Positions 37,532-46,705 of a stretch of 64,000 nucleotides of DNA are shown here, piece after piece (position 1 is the first letter of the stretch; the number at the start of each line of letters is the position of its first letter). The notes under the pieces are model-generated. The model saw only the letters and a program-made list of their open reading frames with translations. It ran no database searches and was not told the DNA's origin. The stretch is from Candidatus Zixiibacteriota bacterium. GTDB taxonomy: Bacteria > Zixibacteria > MSB-5A5 > GN15 > FEB-12. Location of the stretch: contig CP070777.1 of NCBI GenBank assembly GCA_020346225.1, positions 2,554,772 to 2,618,771 of the forward strand, in the 5' to 3' direction. A program made the translations under genes and the position numbers.

Positions 37532-39460
37532 CTACTTGTTGTCGTCGTCGACAACCTCGAAATCGGCGTCGACAGCGCCATCTCCCTTGTCAGAATCGTC
37601 GGAAGGTTTCTGCTCAGCCGAACCGCCGGCCTGCTGTGCTCCGGCGCCGGCCTGCTGAGACTGAGCCTGCCGGTACATCTCCTCAGCGATTTTATGAGAA
37701 GCCTGCATCAGGGCATCTTTGGCTTCCTTGATGGCCTCCAGCGAATCACCGCCCATGACGTCTTTGAGCTTGCCGATGGCCTGCTCGACCTTCTGCTTCT
37801 CATCGTCGGCGATCTTGTCACCCATCTCTTTGAGCGTCTTCTGCGTCGTATAAACCAGGTGGTCGGCTTCGTTGCGGGCCTGGATGAGGTCGGCTTTGGT
37901 CTTGTCTTCGTCCGCGTGCTTCTCAGCGTCCTTGACCATGCGGTCGATTTCATGCTCGGAAAGCCCCGAAGAAACCTCGATTCTGATAGACTGCTCTTTG
38001 CCGGTGGCCATATCCTTGGCGTTTACGTGCACGATGCCGTTGGCGTCGATATCAAAGGAAACCTCGATCTGGGGGATGCCGCGCGGGGCGGGCGGGATAC
38101 CCACCAGGTCGAATTTGCCCAGCGTGCGGTTGTCAATGGCCAGCCGGCGTTCGCCCTGCAGGACATGGATGGAGACGGCCGTCTGATTATCATCAGCCGT
38201 GGAGAAAATCTGTGACTTCTTGGTCGGAATGGTCGTGTTGCGCTCGATCAGGGTCGTCATAACGCCGCCGAGGGTTTCGATGCCGAGTGACAGCGGGGTA
38301 ACGTCGAGCAAAACGATATCCTTCATGTCCCCGGCCAGAACGCCGCCCTGTATGGCGGCGCCGATGGCCACCACCTCATCGGGATTGACCCCTTTGTGCG
38401 GCTCCCGGCCGAAAAGCTGCTTCACCAGCTCGACAACCTTGGGCATACGCGTCATGCCACCCACCAGGATCACCTCGTCGATGTCCGACGTGGCCAGCTT
38501 GGCGTCGGCCAGCGCTTTCTGGCACGGCTCGACCGTACGCTGAATCAGGTGGTCGGTCAGCTGCTCAAACCGCGAACGAGACAGGGTAAGGTCGAGGTGC
38601 TTGGGTCCCGATTGGTCAGCCGTGATGAACGGCAGATTGATGTTGGTTTGCAGGGTCGAGGATAGCTCTATCTTCGCCTTCTCGGCCGCCTCCTTGAGGC
38701 GCTGAAGAGCCATGCGGTCTTTGCGCAGGTCGATACCCTGGCTCTTGAGGAATTCCTCGGCCATCCAGTCAATAACGGTCTGGTCGAAGTCGTCGCCACC
38801 AAGGTGAGTATCACCATTGGTGGAGCGCACCTCGAAGACACCGTCGCCGATCTCCAGAATAGAGATGTCGAACGTCCCGCCGCCGAGGTCAAAGACGGCT
38901 ATTTTCTGGTTGTCCTTTTTCTGAAGGCCATAGGCGAGGGAGGCGGCGGTCGGCTCATTGATTATACGCAGTACTTCCAGCCCGGCGATCCGCCCGGCGT
39001 CCTTGGTGGCCTGACGCTGGGAATCGTTGAAATAGGCCGGAACGGTAACCACCGCCTGCTTCACTTCCTGCCCCAGGTAATCCTCGGCGGCCTTTCGCAT
39101 CGCCTGCAGAATCATGGCCGAAATCTCGGGCGGTGGATACTTCTTGCCGCCGGCCTCGATAAGAACGGCGCCCTTCTCGTTCTCGGTGACCGCATAGGGG
39201 ACGATCTTTTCCTCGGAACCGACCTCCGAATGCAGGCGACCCATGAAGCGCTTGACCGAGAAAACGGTGTTTTCCGGATTCGTCACGGCCTGGCGTTTGG
39301 CGGCGGCGCCGACCAGGCGTTCGCCGTCTTTGGTGAATGCCACCACTGACGGTGTCGTACGGGAACCTTCTTGATTGGGGATAACGGTTGGCTCCTGCCC
39401 TTCGAGGACGGCCACGCATGAGTTGGTGGTTCCCAGGTCAATTCCTATTACTTTCCCCAT
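37532..39460 (-). CDS. dnaK: molecular chaperone DnaK (Hsp70)
   Basis: [25 protein letters not shown] and [11 protein letters not shown] signatures over 642 aa. Confidence 0.97.
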   Translation of the reverse strand: MGKVIGIDLGTTNSCVAVLEGQEPTVIPNQEGSRTTPSVVAFTKDGERLVGAAAKRQAVTNPENTVFSVKRFMGRLHSEVGSEEKIVPYAVTENEKGAVLIEAGGKKYPPPEISAMILQAMRKAAEDYLGQEVKQAVVTVPAYFNDSQRQATKDAGRIAGLEVLRIINEPTAASLAYGLQKKDNQKIAVFDLGGGTFDISILEIGDGVFEVRSTNGDTHLGGDDFDQTVIDWMAEEFLKSQGIDLRKDRMALQRLKEAAEKAKIELSSTLQTNINLPFITADQSGPKHLDLTLSRSRFEQLTDHLIQRTVEPCQKALADAKLATSDIDEVILVGGMTRMPKVVELVKQLFGREPHKGVNPDEVVAIGAAIQGGVLAGDMKDIVLLDVTPLSLGIETLGGVMTTLIERNTTIPTKKSQIFSTADDNQTAVSIHVLQGERRLAIDNRTLGKFDLVGIPPAPRGIPQIEVSFDIDANGIVHVNAKDMATGKEQSIRIEVSSGLSEHEIDRMVKDAEKHADEDKTKADLIQARNEADHLVYTTQKTLKEMGDKIADDEKQKVEQAIGKLKDVMGGDSLEAIKEAKDALMQASHKIAEEMYRQAQSQQAGAGAQQAGGSAEQKPSDDSDKGDGAVDADFEVVDDDNK

Positions 39461-39480
39461 TTTCCTTTCGACTCCTCTGA

Positions 39481-40095
39481 CTATGATTCATCATCTTCTT
39501 TCTTACCGCTGCTGACACCCACTTTGGCGTGACGCAGTACCCGTTCGCCCTGCCGGTAGCCTTTGACCATCTCCATCGCCACGATTCCCTCTCCGTACTG
39601 GTCCGATTCAACTTGCATAACGGCTTCATGTAAATTGGGATCAAAGGGTTGCCCGACCGATTCTATGGGAGTCACATCATACTTCTTCAAGAGATTCATC
39701 ATCTGGCTCAGAATCAGTTCCGTGCCCTGATGAAAGGCCTCGAACTCTGTGTTGTTTTCGGTGTGGTTGAGGGCGCGCTCGAAATTGTCAACGACTTCCA
39801 GCAGTTCCACGATCAGGCCGTCGTTTGCGGCGCGGACCGTCATTTCGTGCTGACGGGCCGTCCGCTTTCTGAAATTCTCGAACTCGGCGGCCGTTCGAAG
39901 CAGCTTGTCCTCGAGTTCCGCAATCTGATTCTGAAGGGTCTCTTCAGAGCACGGCTCGTCCGTGACGGTTTCGTCCTCGGCCGCTGTCTCCGGGGTCCCC
40001 TCGTCTGACGAAACATCGACCACAATTTCCCGTTCCTCTGCCGGCTGTTTCATTTCCGGTTCATCGCCGGACCGCTTCTTGCGTGCCATCATCAC
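39481..40095 (-). CDS. grpE: nucleotide exchange factor GrpE
   Basis: Acidic N-terminus, coiled coil with FENFRKRT, and a C-terminal beta domain ([17 protein letters not shown]). Confidence 0.92.
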   Translation of the reverse strand: MMMARKKRSGDEPEMKQPAEEREIVVDVSSDEGTPETAAEDETVTDEPCSEETLQNQIAELEDKLLRTAAEFENFRKRTARQHEMTVRAANDGLIVELLEVVDNFERALNHTENNTEFEAFHQGTELILSQMMNLLKKYDVTPIESVGQPFDPNLHEAVMQVESDQYGEGIVAMEMVKGYRQGERVLRHAKVGVSSGKKEDDES

Positions 40096-41138
40096 TTGTC
40101 CTCTTCACCGTCGAACCCTGACAGAACCTCGGTGATAGTCCGGGCGGTGTATTCAACCACCGAAACCAGTTTACTGTAGGCCATTCGAGTGGGGCCGATA
40201 ATACCGATCGTCCCCGACACCTTGCCTACCTTGTATCTCGAAGTAACCAGTGAACAGTTCATCACCTCCTGAAACTTGTTCTCCCGGCCGATCGTGATTA
40301 TCAATCCTTCTTCCGTTGCCTGGTCCAGAAAGTCAGACAGAGCACGACCGTCTTCTATTATCTTGATAATCTCAGAGATCTTGCGCAAGTCAGAGAACTC
40401 CGGTTGCTTAACGAGCTGCTCGGCCCCGGCCACGTGTACATCTTCGGCGCGACCCTCGGTCCATATCCTGTCTTTAGATTCAATTATGAGATTAATCAGT
40501 TTGCCGTGCCCGGAGACATCGGCCAGACGCCCGGTGACAGTCTCTTTAATCTCACCGAGGGTGAGCCCGACGAGCCGCTCGTTGAGCACGGCTTCGAACT
40601 CGCGAAGCGAACTCTCGGAGATATTGGCCTCTATTTCGATAATCACGCTGCGAGCCAGGCCGGAGCGCACCACCACCACCACCATGAGCCGCTCGCTGGT
40701 AAGCGGAATCAAGTTGATCGCTTTCAGCACGCCGCGGTCGAAGCGCGGGGCTATCGTAACACCCAGTTCGCTGGTGATCTCGCTCAAAACACGACAGGTC
40801 TGGCCGAGCACCTCGTTGACTCCGCGCCCTTCCTTGAGAATCGACTTCTTTATGAAGGCCTTCTCCCGGGGAGTCAGCGACTCGGGTTTGAGAAGGTAAT
40901 CAACATACACACGATATCCGAGATCGGTGGGGATACGCCCGGCCGAAGTGTGGGGTTGTTGTAGCAGACCCAGTTCCTCAAGGTCCTGCAAGGTATTTCG
41001 GATGGTGGCCGACGATATGCCCATGCGGAATTTGGTGGCAATCGCGCGGGAACCGACCGGATCCGCTGTTGAGATATAGTAGTTTACGAGATTGTTGAGT
41101 ATCTCTTTTTCGCGTTCTGTCAGGTTTTCAAAAGCCAT
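40092..41138 (-). CDS. hrcA: heat-inducible transcription repressor HrcA
   Basis: Winged-helix N-terminus (VGSRAIATKFRMGISSATIRNTLQDLEELGLL) and HrcA C-terminal domain. 4-nt overlap with grpE. Confidence 0.92.
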   Translation of the reverse strand: MAFENLTEREKEILNNLVNYYISTADPVGSRAIATKFRMGISSATIRNTLQDLEELGLLQQPHTSAGRIPTDLGYRVYVDYLLKPESLTPREKAFIKKSILKEGRGVNEVLGQTCRVLSEITSELGVTIAPRFDRGVLKAINLIPLTSERLMVVVVVRSGLARSVIIEIEANISESSLREFEAVLNERLVGLTLGEIKETVTGRLADVSGHGKLINLIIESKDRIWTEGRAEDVHVAGAEQLVKQPEFSDLRKISEIIKIIEDGRALSDFLDQATEEGLIITIGRENKFQEVMNCSLVTSRYKVGKVSGTIGIIGPTRMAYSKLVSVVEYTARTITEVLSGFDGEEDK

Positions 41139-41165
41139 CTACAAATCCCACCGCGGGCTGCCATA

Positions 41166-41192
41166 TTGGCAGCACATCTGGCAGAGTGCTAA
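41166..41192 (-). promoter_or_regulatory. CIRCE-like operator (one perfect and one degenerate half-site)
   Basis: The minus strand reads TTAGCACTC-N9-TGCTGCCAA against the consensus TTAGCACTC-N9-GAGTGCTAA. The left arm matches 9/9 and the right arm 5/9. It lies immediately downstream of the candidate -10. Confidence 0.6.
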
Positions 41193-41194
41193 TA

Positions 41195-41224
41195 AATGTA
41201 CTAAAAGCACGTACTTGATGTCAA
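41195..41224 (-). promoter_or_regulatory. sigma-70-type promoter candidate TTGACA-N18-TACATT for the hrcA operon
   Basis: On the minus strand the -35 is at 41224-41219 and the -10 at 41200-41195. Confidence 0.5.
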
Positions 41225-41332
41225 GTTGAAATGAGGTTGTCACGTAAGATTGGGTGAACTCATGCTATCGTTCTGACGGCAGAGTAAAATGCGAAGACAG
41301 ATGGTGGCGGAACCAACTCGTCGAAGGCAAGC

Positions 41333-41641
41333 TCAGCCCTCTTTTTTGTCTTTTGTCTTCGTGCTGTCCTTTTTCGGCGGCTTCTGCTTGAGATTCTCTT
41401 TGCGGTCGTCGATGCCGTTGTTGTTCCGGTCCACAAAATTGTCGTACTTCTTGGGCTTCTCCGGCGGTTTTTGCGGCGGCCGGGGCTGCGGCGGTTTCTT
41501 CTTCTCGTCCTGTTTCTTCTTGTCTTTCTTCTTTATGATTGAAACCGCCGGCCGGTTGTTCCTGGTCTCGAGAGCCGCCGCCGAACCGCAGGTAGCAACA
41601 GTGAATGCTGCCGTTAATATGTAGATGAGTAAGCGCTTCAT
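41333..41641 (-). CDS. secreted Lys/Pro-rich small protein, function unknown
   Basis: 102 aa from the ATG at 41641, with GGAGGG 9 nt upstream. Signal peptide MKRLLIYILTAAFTVATCGSAAA. The mature part is dominated by K, P, D, Q and N. Confidence 0.6.
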   Translation of the reverse strand: MKRLLIYILTAAFTVATCGSAAALETRNNRPAVSIIKKKDKKKQDEKKKPPQPRPPQKPPEKPKKYDNFVDRNNNGIDDRKENLKQKPPKKDSTKTKDKKEG

Positions 41642-41703
41642 GGTCAATTACCCTCCGCTACAATAGTAGCTCTTCTTACACGTCGCTGCAACAAAAATCG
41701 ACG

Positions 41704-43203
41704 CTACCTTCTGGTTTTCCCCTTATCGGAAGTCTTTGGAGACTTCTTTTCCGGAGAGCTCTTCTTGCTGGAAGAAGAGCTCTTCGGGGACGATTTGGTG
41801 CCGGACGACTTCGTCTGCGGCGAGGACTTGCCGGGACTCACGCTCTTGCTCTTGGACGGGCTGGGGGCCCGGGTGGATCGACGAGGCGACACCTTGGACG
41901 ACTTTGCGGGAGTGCGCGAGCCGGATTTCTTCTGGTAATACCCGGAGGACGATTTTGTCGGCCCGCCCGATTTCACCTTCGACCCGCCTTGAGACTGGAC
42001 GGCCTTCGACGACTTCTGGGAAGTCCTCAGCTTCGAAGGCGTGCTCCCGCTGCTTTTGCCGACCCGGCTGGTAGTGCCCTTGGACTTTGTCGCCTGATAC
42101 GACTTGGTGCCACCGGTGTTGCCCACGGCCTTGCCTTTATTGGCCGCCTTGTGAATGCCGCCGACGGTTTCGAAACCACGGTCGGTCTTCACGACCTTGG
42201 TCGCTCCCCGGACGAACTTCTTGTTCAGCTTCAGATCGCCGGCTTTGGCCGCCTTGGCCGACTTGGCGGACGGTTTGGCGGTGACAACCTGCTTGGTCTT
42301 GAAAGCAGGGTATCCGTGAAGGACCGGGTCACGATATCCGACCAACCGCACATCCTTATATTTCGAGACGACCGTCGGCGAGGTGACGATAATGGTTCTA
42401 TCCAGAACGACCGTATTGTACCGGGTGATATGAACCGGGTACTCCCAGCAGTAGCCATAGTAGTCATAGATGGTGAAGGTGTGCCAGCCGACATAGATCC
42501 GCGGAATATAGAGCGGAATCACACCCCAGTAGATGCCGTTGACGTACACGGTACCCCCGTACGGGTAATCGATATAGACGTTGCCGCAAACGGACCAGCT
42601 CGGGTAGGCGGGATAGTAGATCGGATGAAAGTAATCCGGTTCCCACTCGTAAATGTACAGGGCGGTTCGGTCAAAGGCGAAACGCTGACCGCCATAGCGG
42701 ACGAAGTACTCGGCGTTGACGTAATCCATGAACTCCAAGCGGTCGTCCCAGTCACAGATCAAACCCGAGGTCGGATACCAATCGGGGATGGGGAAGCGCT
42801 CGCGCGAGGCGATAGCCTGGATGTTTTCCACGCCGTCGGGACCCGTCACGACCAAGTCAAAATCGTCGGCTCCATCCGGAATCTGATAGGTGGCCCCGCC
42901 CCTGACGTAATTGTCGTCGGCCGGCGAAGTCGGAAAGAGCAGATTTACGTGCCCACGACTGTCAACCGAATAGATGGCCACGAATGCGTCCCGGTTGGTG
43001 CGAAAATGCAGGACGATGTTGTCACCTTCGTAAAACTCGTTGTCCGAATGGTTGGTCCAGATGTCGACGTCAAGGTAGCGGTCAATCTTAACCTGATCGT
43101 AGTATTCTCCCTGAAACTCTTCGTCGACAGCTTTGACAACCGGTGACAGGATGACAGCCGCGAGGGCCGTCAGGCCGATAATTCTCGTTGTTATGCGTTT
43201 CAT
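41704..43203 (-). CDS. secreted DUF4384 + PEGA-like protein with ~198-aa Ser/Lys-rich basic tail
   Basis: Signal peptide. DUF4384-like segment (DIWTNHSDNEFYEGDNIVLHFRTNRDAFVAIYSVDSRGHVNLLFP). Tyr/Trp-rich PEGA-like segment (GTVYVNGIYWGVIPLYIPRIYVGWHTFTIY). Low-complexity tail follows. Confidence 0.7.
   Translation of the reverse strand: MKRITTRIIGLTALAAVILSPVVKAVDEEFQGEYYDQVKIDRYLDVDIWTNHSDNEFYEGDNIVLHFRTNRDAFVAIYSVDSRGHVNLLFPTSPADDNYVRGGATYQIPDGADDFDLVVTGPDGVENIQAIASRERFPIPDWYPTSGLICDWDDRLEFMDYVNAEYFVRYGGQRFAFDRTALYIYEWEPDYFHPIYYPAYPSWSVCGNVYIDYPYGGTVYVNGIYWGVIPLYIPRIYVGWHTFTIYDYYGYCWEYPVHITRYNTVVLDRTIIVTSPTVVSKYKDVRLVGYRDPVLHGYPAFKTKQVVTAKPSAKSAKAAKAGDLKLNKKFVRGATKVVKTDRGFETVGGIHKAANKGKAVGNTGGTKSYQATKSKGTTSRVGKSSGSTPSKLRTSQKSSKAVQSQGGSKVKSGGPTKSSSGYYQKKSGSRTPAKSSKVSPRRSTRAPSPSKSKSVSPGKSSPQTKSSGTKSSPKSSSSSKKSSPEKKSPKTSDKGKTRR
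41707..42300 (-). repeat. low-complexity Ser/Lys/Thr-rich coding tract
   Basis: Residues ~302-499 of the DUF4384 protein. Hand count gives 41 Lys + 10 Arg versus 5 Asp/Glu, with many SSK/KSS/SPK units. Confidence 0.7.
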
Positions 43204-43224
43204 TTCATTATCCTCCTCGTTCCG

Positions 43225-44088
43225 TTATTTGGATTCCGGTGAGGACAGGTCCTTGACCAGGTAATCCGGGCCGTGCACCGGCTTTTCGACAGCGGTGGCA
43301 ACGGGCTTCAGTTCCGGATTGTCCTCATCGGTTTGATATGCCCACACAAAATTTACAGAGGTTTGGTTAATGTCCACCACCCACATCTTGGCGTAGTGAA
43401 GATCGCTCGTCCAGATCACATAGGTGTGTCCGAGAATAACCTCCAGCCATCCGTTCTCGGACCAGCCGCCCTGAGGGGCCCAGCCGATTTCGTCAAACGA
43501 CTCCGTGAAGCCCACATCTTGCAGGTCGGTGCCCGAGTTCGCGGCGTTGACGTAGAAAGTACCGTTGACCCAATCGACATAGACATCCGCGATCTCGCTG
43601 TCGAAACTCACGCGCCGATGCAAAGCGAAGTTGAAGCCGGATGAATCGGGTTCGACGGCAAAATCATAGAGTCCCACGATACCTTCGGGTCTCGGCGTGT
43701 CAAAGACGTTCTCAGCCGACAAGTCCGAAACCTGGCCGGAAGCGTCGACCGAGGAAACAGCGTAGTAGTAGGTGATGCCGTTTTGAGCGGTGCCGTCGAT
43801 GTATTCATAGATCAGAAGGTCAAGGTCCGGGTTGGGAACGGCATCGACAACGCCAAGCTCGGTGTAATTGGTGATGGGGTCGAAAGAGCGCCACAAAATA
43901 TAGCGCACGATGTCGTTCTCGTACGGGCCGTTCCAGTACAGATAGACGGCATTGTCACCGGTCACTGAATAGATGCCCTGGGGAGCGGCAGGGGAGAAAT
44001 CAACCACCAGAACATCGTCATCGTTATCACAGCCGGCCAGAAGGAAGGCGGCCAACATCAGAATCATTACTAATATCTTCGTTTTCAT
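43225..44088 (-). CDS. lipoprotein with fibronectin type III-like domain, function unknown
   Basis: The ATG at 44088 has AAGGAG upstream. Lipobox LLAGC. FN3-like segment (PQGIYSVTGDNAVYLYWNGP...GITYYYAVSSVDASGQVS). The ORF-track start at 44124 would lie almost on the sigma-54 promoter. Confidence 0.7.
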   Translation of the reverse strand: MKTKILVMILMLAAFLLAGCDNDDDVLVVDFSPAAPQGIYSVTGDNAVYLYWNGPYENDIVRYILWRSFDPITNYTELGVVDAVPNPDLDLLIYEYIDGTAQNGITYYYAVSSVDASGQVSDLSAENVFDTPRPEGIVGLYDFAVEPDSSGFNFALHRRVSFDSEIADVYVDWVNGTFYVNAANSGTDLQDVGFTESFDEIGWAPQGGWSENGWLEVILGHTYVIWTSDLHYAKMWVVDINQTSVNFVWAYQTDEDNPELKPVATAVEKPVHGPDYLVKDLSSPESK

Positions 44089-44130
44089 CTCATATCTCCT
44101 TCGGACTTTGTCGCTTTCAGCCAACAGTAA

Positions 44131-44147
44131 AACAAAGCCCGTGCCAA
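44131..44147 (-). promoter_or_regulatory. sigma-54 (-24/-12) promoter
   Basis: The minus strand reads TTGGCACGGGCTTTGTT, i.e. TGGCACG-N4-TTGT, against the consensus TGGCACG-N4-TTGC. There is a single mismatch, at the -12 C. Confidence 0.7.
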
Positions 44148-44205
44148 AAACACTAAGCCGCTGACTACCTGTGCCTTAGCGATTGCGGAGAGGGTTTTCG
44201 GCGTA

Positions 44206-44236
44206 CCTTGACGCACAATTTTTGTGCTGATCAAGG
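44206..44236. promoter_or_regulatory. 31-nt inverted repeat, candidate enhancer (UAS) for the adjacent bEBP
   Basis: CCTTGA-c-GCACAA-ttt-TTGTGC-tga-TCAAGG. It lies 60-100 nt upstream of the -24 element and 14 nt past the regulator stop. No U-tract follows on the minus strand. Confidence 0.5.
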
Positions 44237-44249
44237 CACGAGTGCACCG

Positions 44250-45608
44250 TTATTGTGTGTTTCGGGAGAGCTGGTATTCTTTGATTTTCGCCCTGAGGGT
44301 GTTTCGATGGATCCCCAGCTTTTCGGCGGAAAGTGACATATTCCAGTTCAGTCGGTCCAGGCAGGCCTTTATGTGAGTTTTCTCCAGTTCGGCCAGCGTA
44401 GTCAGCCCGGCACCCCCGGCGGCCGCGGACGGGCCCCTGGTTAACCCGGTGAGGTCGCTGCCGGTAATCAGATTGCTTCTGGACAGGACCACCGCGCGCT
44501 CTATGATGTTTTCCAGTTCGCGCACGTTACCCGGCCAGGCGTAGCCTACGAGCACTTCGGCCGCGTCGGTGTCGATTCCGTCAATGGTTTTGCCCACCTT
44601 GCGAGCGTACTTCTTCACGAAATTCTCGGCCAGAAGCAAAATGTCACCGGTTCTGTCCTTGAGCGGAGGCAAGTATATGCGGATTACGTTCAGGCGATAG
44701 AACAGGTCTTCCCGGAATTTCTGTTCCTTCACCAGCCGGTCCAGGTCGCGGTTGGTGGCGGCGATTATTCGAATATCCAGCGGTATCTCCTTGACCGAGC
44801 CGAGACGCTCGATCTTGCGCTCCTCCAGAACGCGGAGCAGCTTGACCTGCATGGTGGGGGGCATCTCGCCTATCTCATCCAGGAAAAGCGTCCCGCCGTC
44901 GGCCAACTCGAACCGCCCCTGCTTGGCCTTATCGGCCCCGGTAAAGGCTCCCTTTTCATAACCAAACAGTTCCGATTCCAGAAGACTCTCCGGGAAGGCG
45001 GCACAATTGATTGCCACCAGTTTTTTTTCGGCCCGCGGCGACAGAGCGTGAACAGCCCTTGCGACCAATTCCTTGCCGGTCCCCGACGGCCCGGTAACGA
45101 GCACGGTGGCCTCTTTGGGGGCCACCAGCGAGATCATTTCCTTGACCTGCTTTATGGCCTCGGACTCGCCGATTATCTCGGAAACCGGAAATATCTCGGC
45201 CAGGCGCTCGCTCATGACGGCGTTTTCGACAACGAGACGATTTTGCTCGGCGGCACGATTGAGCTTCACAATCAGTTCGTCAAGGTCCTCAACCGGCTTG
45301 GTAAGATAATCAAAAGCACCGGCCCTCATGGCCGCCACGGCGGTTTCCACCGAGCCGAAAGCGGTCAGGACGATTACCTGAATGAACGGATTAATCTCGC
45401 GGAGACGTCCGAGCAACTCCAGGCCGTCCATCCCGGGCATCTTCATATCCAGGATGGCCACCGGCGAGAAGATCTTGTGATACTGGTCAAGCGCCTCCTG
45501 GCCGCTTGCGGCGGTAAAAACGGAGAATCCTCTCTTACTGAGAAAGCCCGACAACAGGTCGCGCTGGCTCTCCTCGTCGTCCACGATAAGCAGCTTCAAG
45601 TTCGGCAT
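44250..45608 (-). CDS. sigma-54-dependent response regulator (NtrC family bEBP)
   Basis: Receiver domain (LLIVDDEE...ILDMKMPGMDG). AAA+ domain with Walker A GPSGTGKE and the GAFTGA loop. C-terminal Fis-type HTH. ATG at 45608. Confidence 0.9.
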   Translation of the reverse strand: MPNLKLLIVDDEESQRDLLSGFLSKRGFSVFTAASGQEALDQYHKIFSPVAILDMKMPGMDGLELLGRLREINPFIQVIVLTAFGSVETAVAAMRAGAFDYLTKPVEDLDELIVKLNRAAEQNRLVVENAVMSERLAEIFPVSEIIGESEAIKQVKEMISLVAPKEATVLVTGPSGTGKELVARAVHALSPRAEKKLVAINCAAFPESLLESELFGYEKGAFTGADKAKQGRFELADGGTLFLDEIGEMPPTMQVKLLRVLEERKIERLGSVKEIPLDIRIIAATNRDLDRLVKEQKFREDLFYRLNVIRIYLPPLKDRTGDILLLAENFVKKYARKVGKTIDGIDTDAAEVLVGYAWPGNVRELENIIERAVVLSRSNLITGSDLTGLTRGPSAAAGGAGLTTLAELEKTHIKACLDRLNWNMSLSAEKLGIHRNTLRAKIKEYQLSRNTQ

Positions 45609-45640
45609 CGGCTTAAACTTAGACGGTGCCGGGCAAGTAG

Positions 45641-45670
45641 GCAAACAAAAAAACCCGCCAATGGCGGGTT
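45641..45670 (-). terminator. intrinsic terminator after the OMP gene
   Basis: The minus strand reads AACCCGCC-att-GGCGGGTT followed by TTTTTTTGTTT. Confidence 0.8.
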
Positions 45671-45692
45671 CTTAGGAAGTCTTAAATCCCGG

Positions 45693-46361
45693 TTATTCCC
45701 CGGACCCCACCAGGATACGAATACCGGCGTGAATCTCCCAGCTCGAGAGGTCTTCTCCAAACAGGTAGGCACCGCCTTCGTACTCGGCCTCGACACTGGC
45801 GGAGTTCACGTAATGGTAATTGCCTTCGGCGAAGAAGCCGCCGTAATCGGAGGTGTAATAGAAAAGGCCTCCGCCCAGACCGAAGGAAAACGCCGGGTCA
45901 TATGATATCTGCCGGTAACGGTCACCGTTGGGGTTGGTCACCCACGTGGTGAACTTCAGAAAGGTCAGGCCGGCGCTGGCCTTGACATACGGCGTCAGAT
46001 TAGCGGTCGGCATGAGGAAGTACTTAGCGTAAAGGCAGGGATTGTAAACGCGATGCTTAAGCCCTTCAGCGGCCAGATCCGTCTCCCGGTTGTGGACTTC
46101 GTATTCCGAGAAGCGAAAACCGAAACCGGTCACGAAAGGGATGGAGACGAAATAACCGATATCGATACCGAAGTTGTAGCCGGTTTCGGCGCCCAGGGTA
46201 TCCTGCCACTCGAGCATCACACCGGTAGGCATGTCAATGCCGCCGTAGAAGTTCAGTTCGAGGACGTCTTTTTCCCATTCCTCTTCCTCGTCCTGAGCCA
46301 AGGCCACCGAATTTAGCAGCAAAATCAACAAAGCTGACAACAGGATCAGTGATTTTTTCAT
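45693..46361 (-). CDS. small outer-membrane beta-barrel (porin-family / OmpW-like) protein
   Basis: ATG at 46361. Signal peptide MKKSLILLSALLILLLNSVALAQ. Alternating aromatic strands rich in Gly and Tyr. Confidence 0.65.
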   Translation of the reverse strand: MKKSLILLSALLILLLNSVALAQDEEEEWEKDVLELNFYGGIDMPTGVMLEWQDTLGAETGYNFGIDIGYFVSIPFVTGFGFRFSEYEVHNRETDLAAEGLKHRVYNPCLYAKYFLMPTANLTPYVKASAGLTFLKFTTWVTNPNGDRYRQISYDPAFSFGLGGGLFYYTSDYGGFFAEGNYHYVNSASVEAEYEGGAYLFGEDLSSWEIHAGIRILVGSGE

Positions 46362-46705
46362 GATGTTATCCTCTAAAGCCGTTTTAATATTCCAGACCGG
46401 TTTCCCCGCCAAGCTCCAGTATCGACCGGCGGAAAATTGAAATAAACAATTAATGGACGCTTTGTCAACCGAATATATCCAAAGTCAGACCCAAAAAACC
46501 CGGCCCCGGCAGCCCTTGTCCCCCAGCACCTTGGACGGACCGGCCTGACTTGGCCGACCCCCGCATAATTATTTGGGGGCGGAGCCAGTTTTTGTTGACT
46601 GCCTCTCAAAACGCGAGCATACTTGGCACCAGAAGAAAAGGCATCAGAAGTCTACTGAAACAACCCATAAACCATGCAGGGTCAGCAGACCTTAAAAAAC
46701 CGCCA

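Noticed and set aside
41989-43146. A 385-aa plus-strand ORF antisense to the DUF4384 gene. Similar cases are 45048-45905, 50465-51304 and 55329-56168.
   Set aside because: The reasoning is the same. The opposite strand carries signal peptides or domains (DUF4384/PEGA, NtrC AAA+, PurD, propeller repeats), and the antisense products are low-complexity.
44206-44236. The 31-nt inverted repeat read as a simple terminator of the NtrC-type gene.
   Set aside because: This is not fully rejected. On the minus strand no U-tract follows the stem (it continues TACGCCGAAAACCC). Its distance from the sigma-54 -24 element also fits a UAS better. Both readings remain possible.
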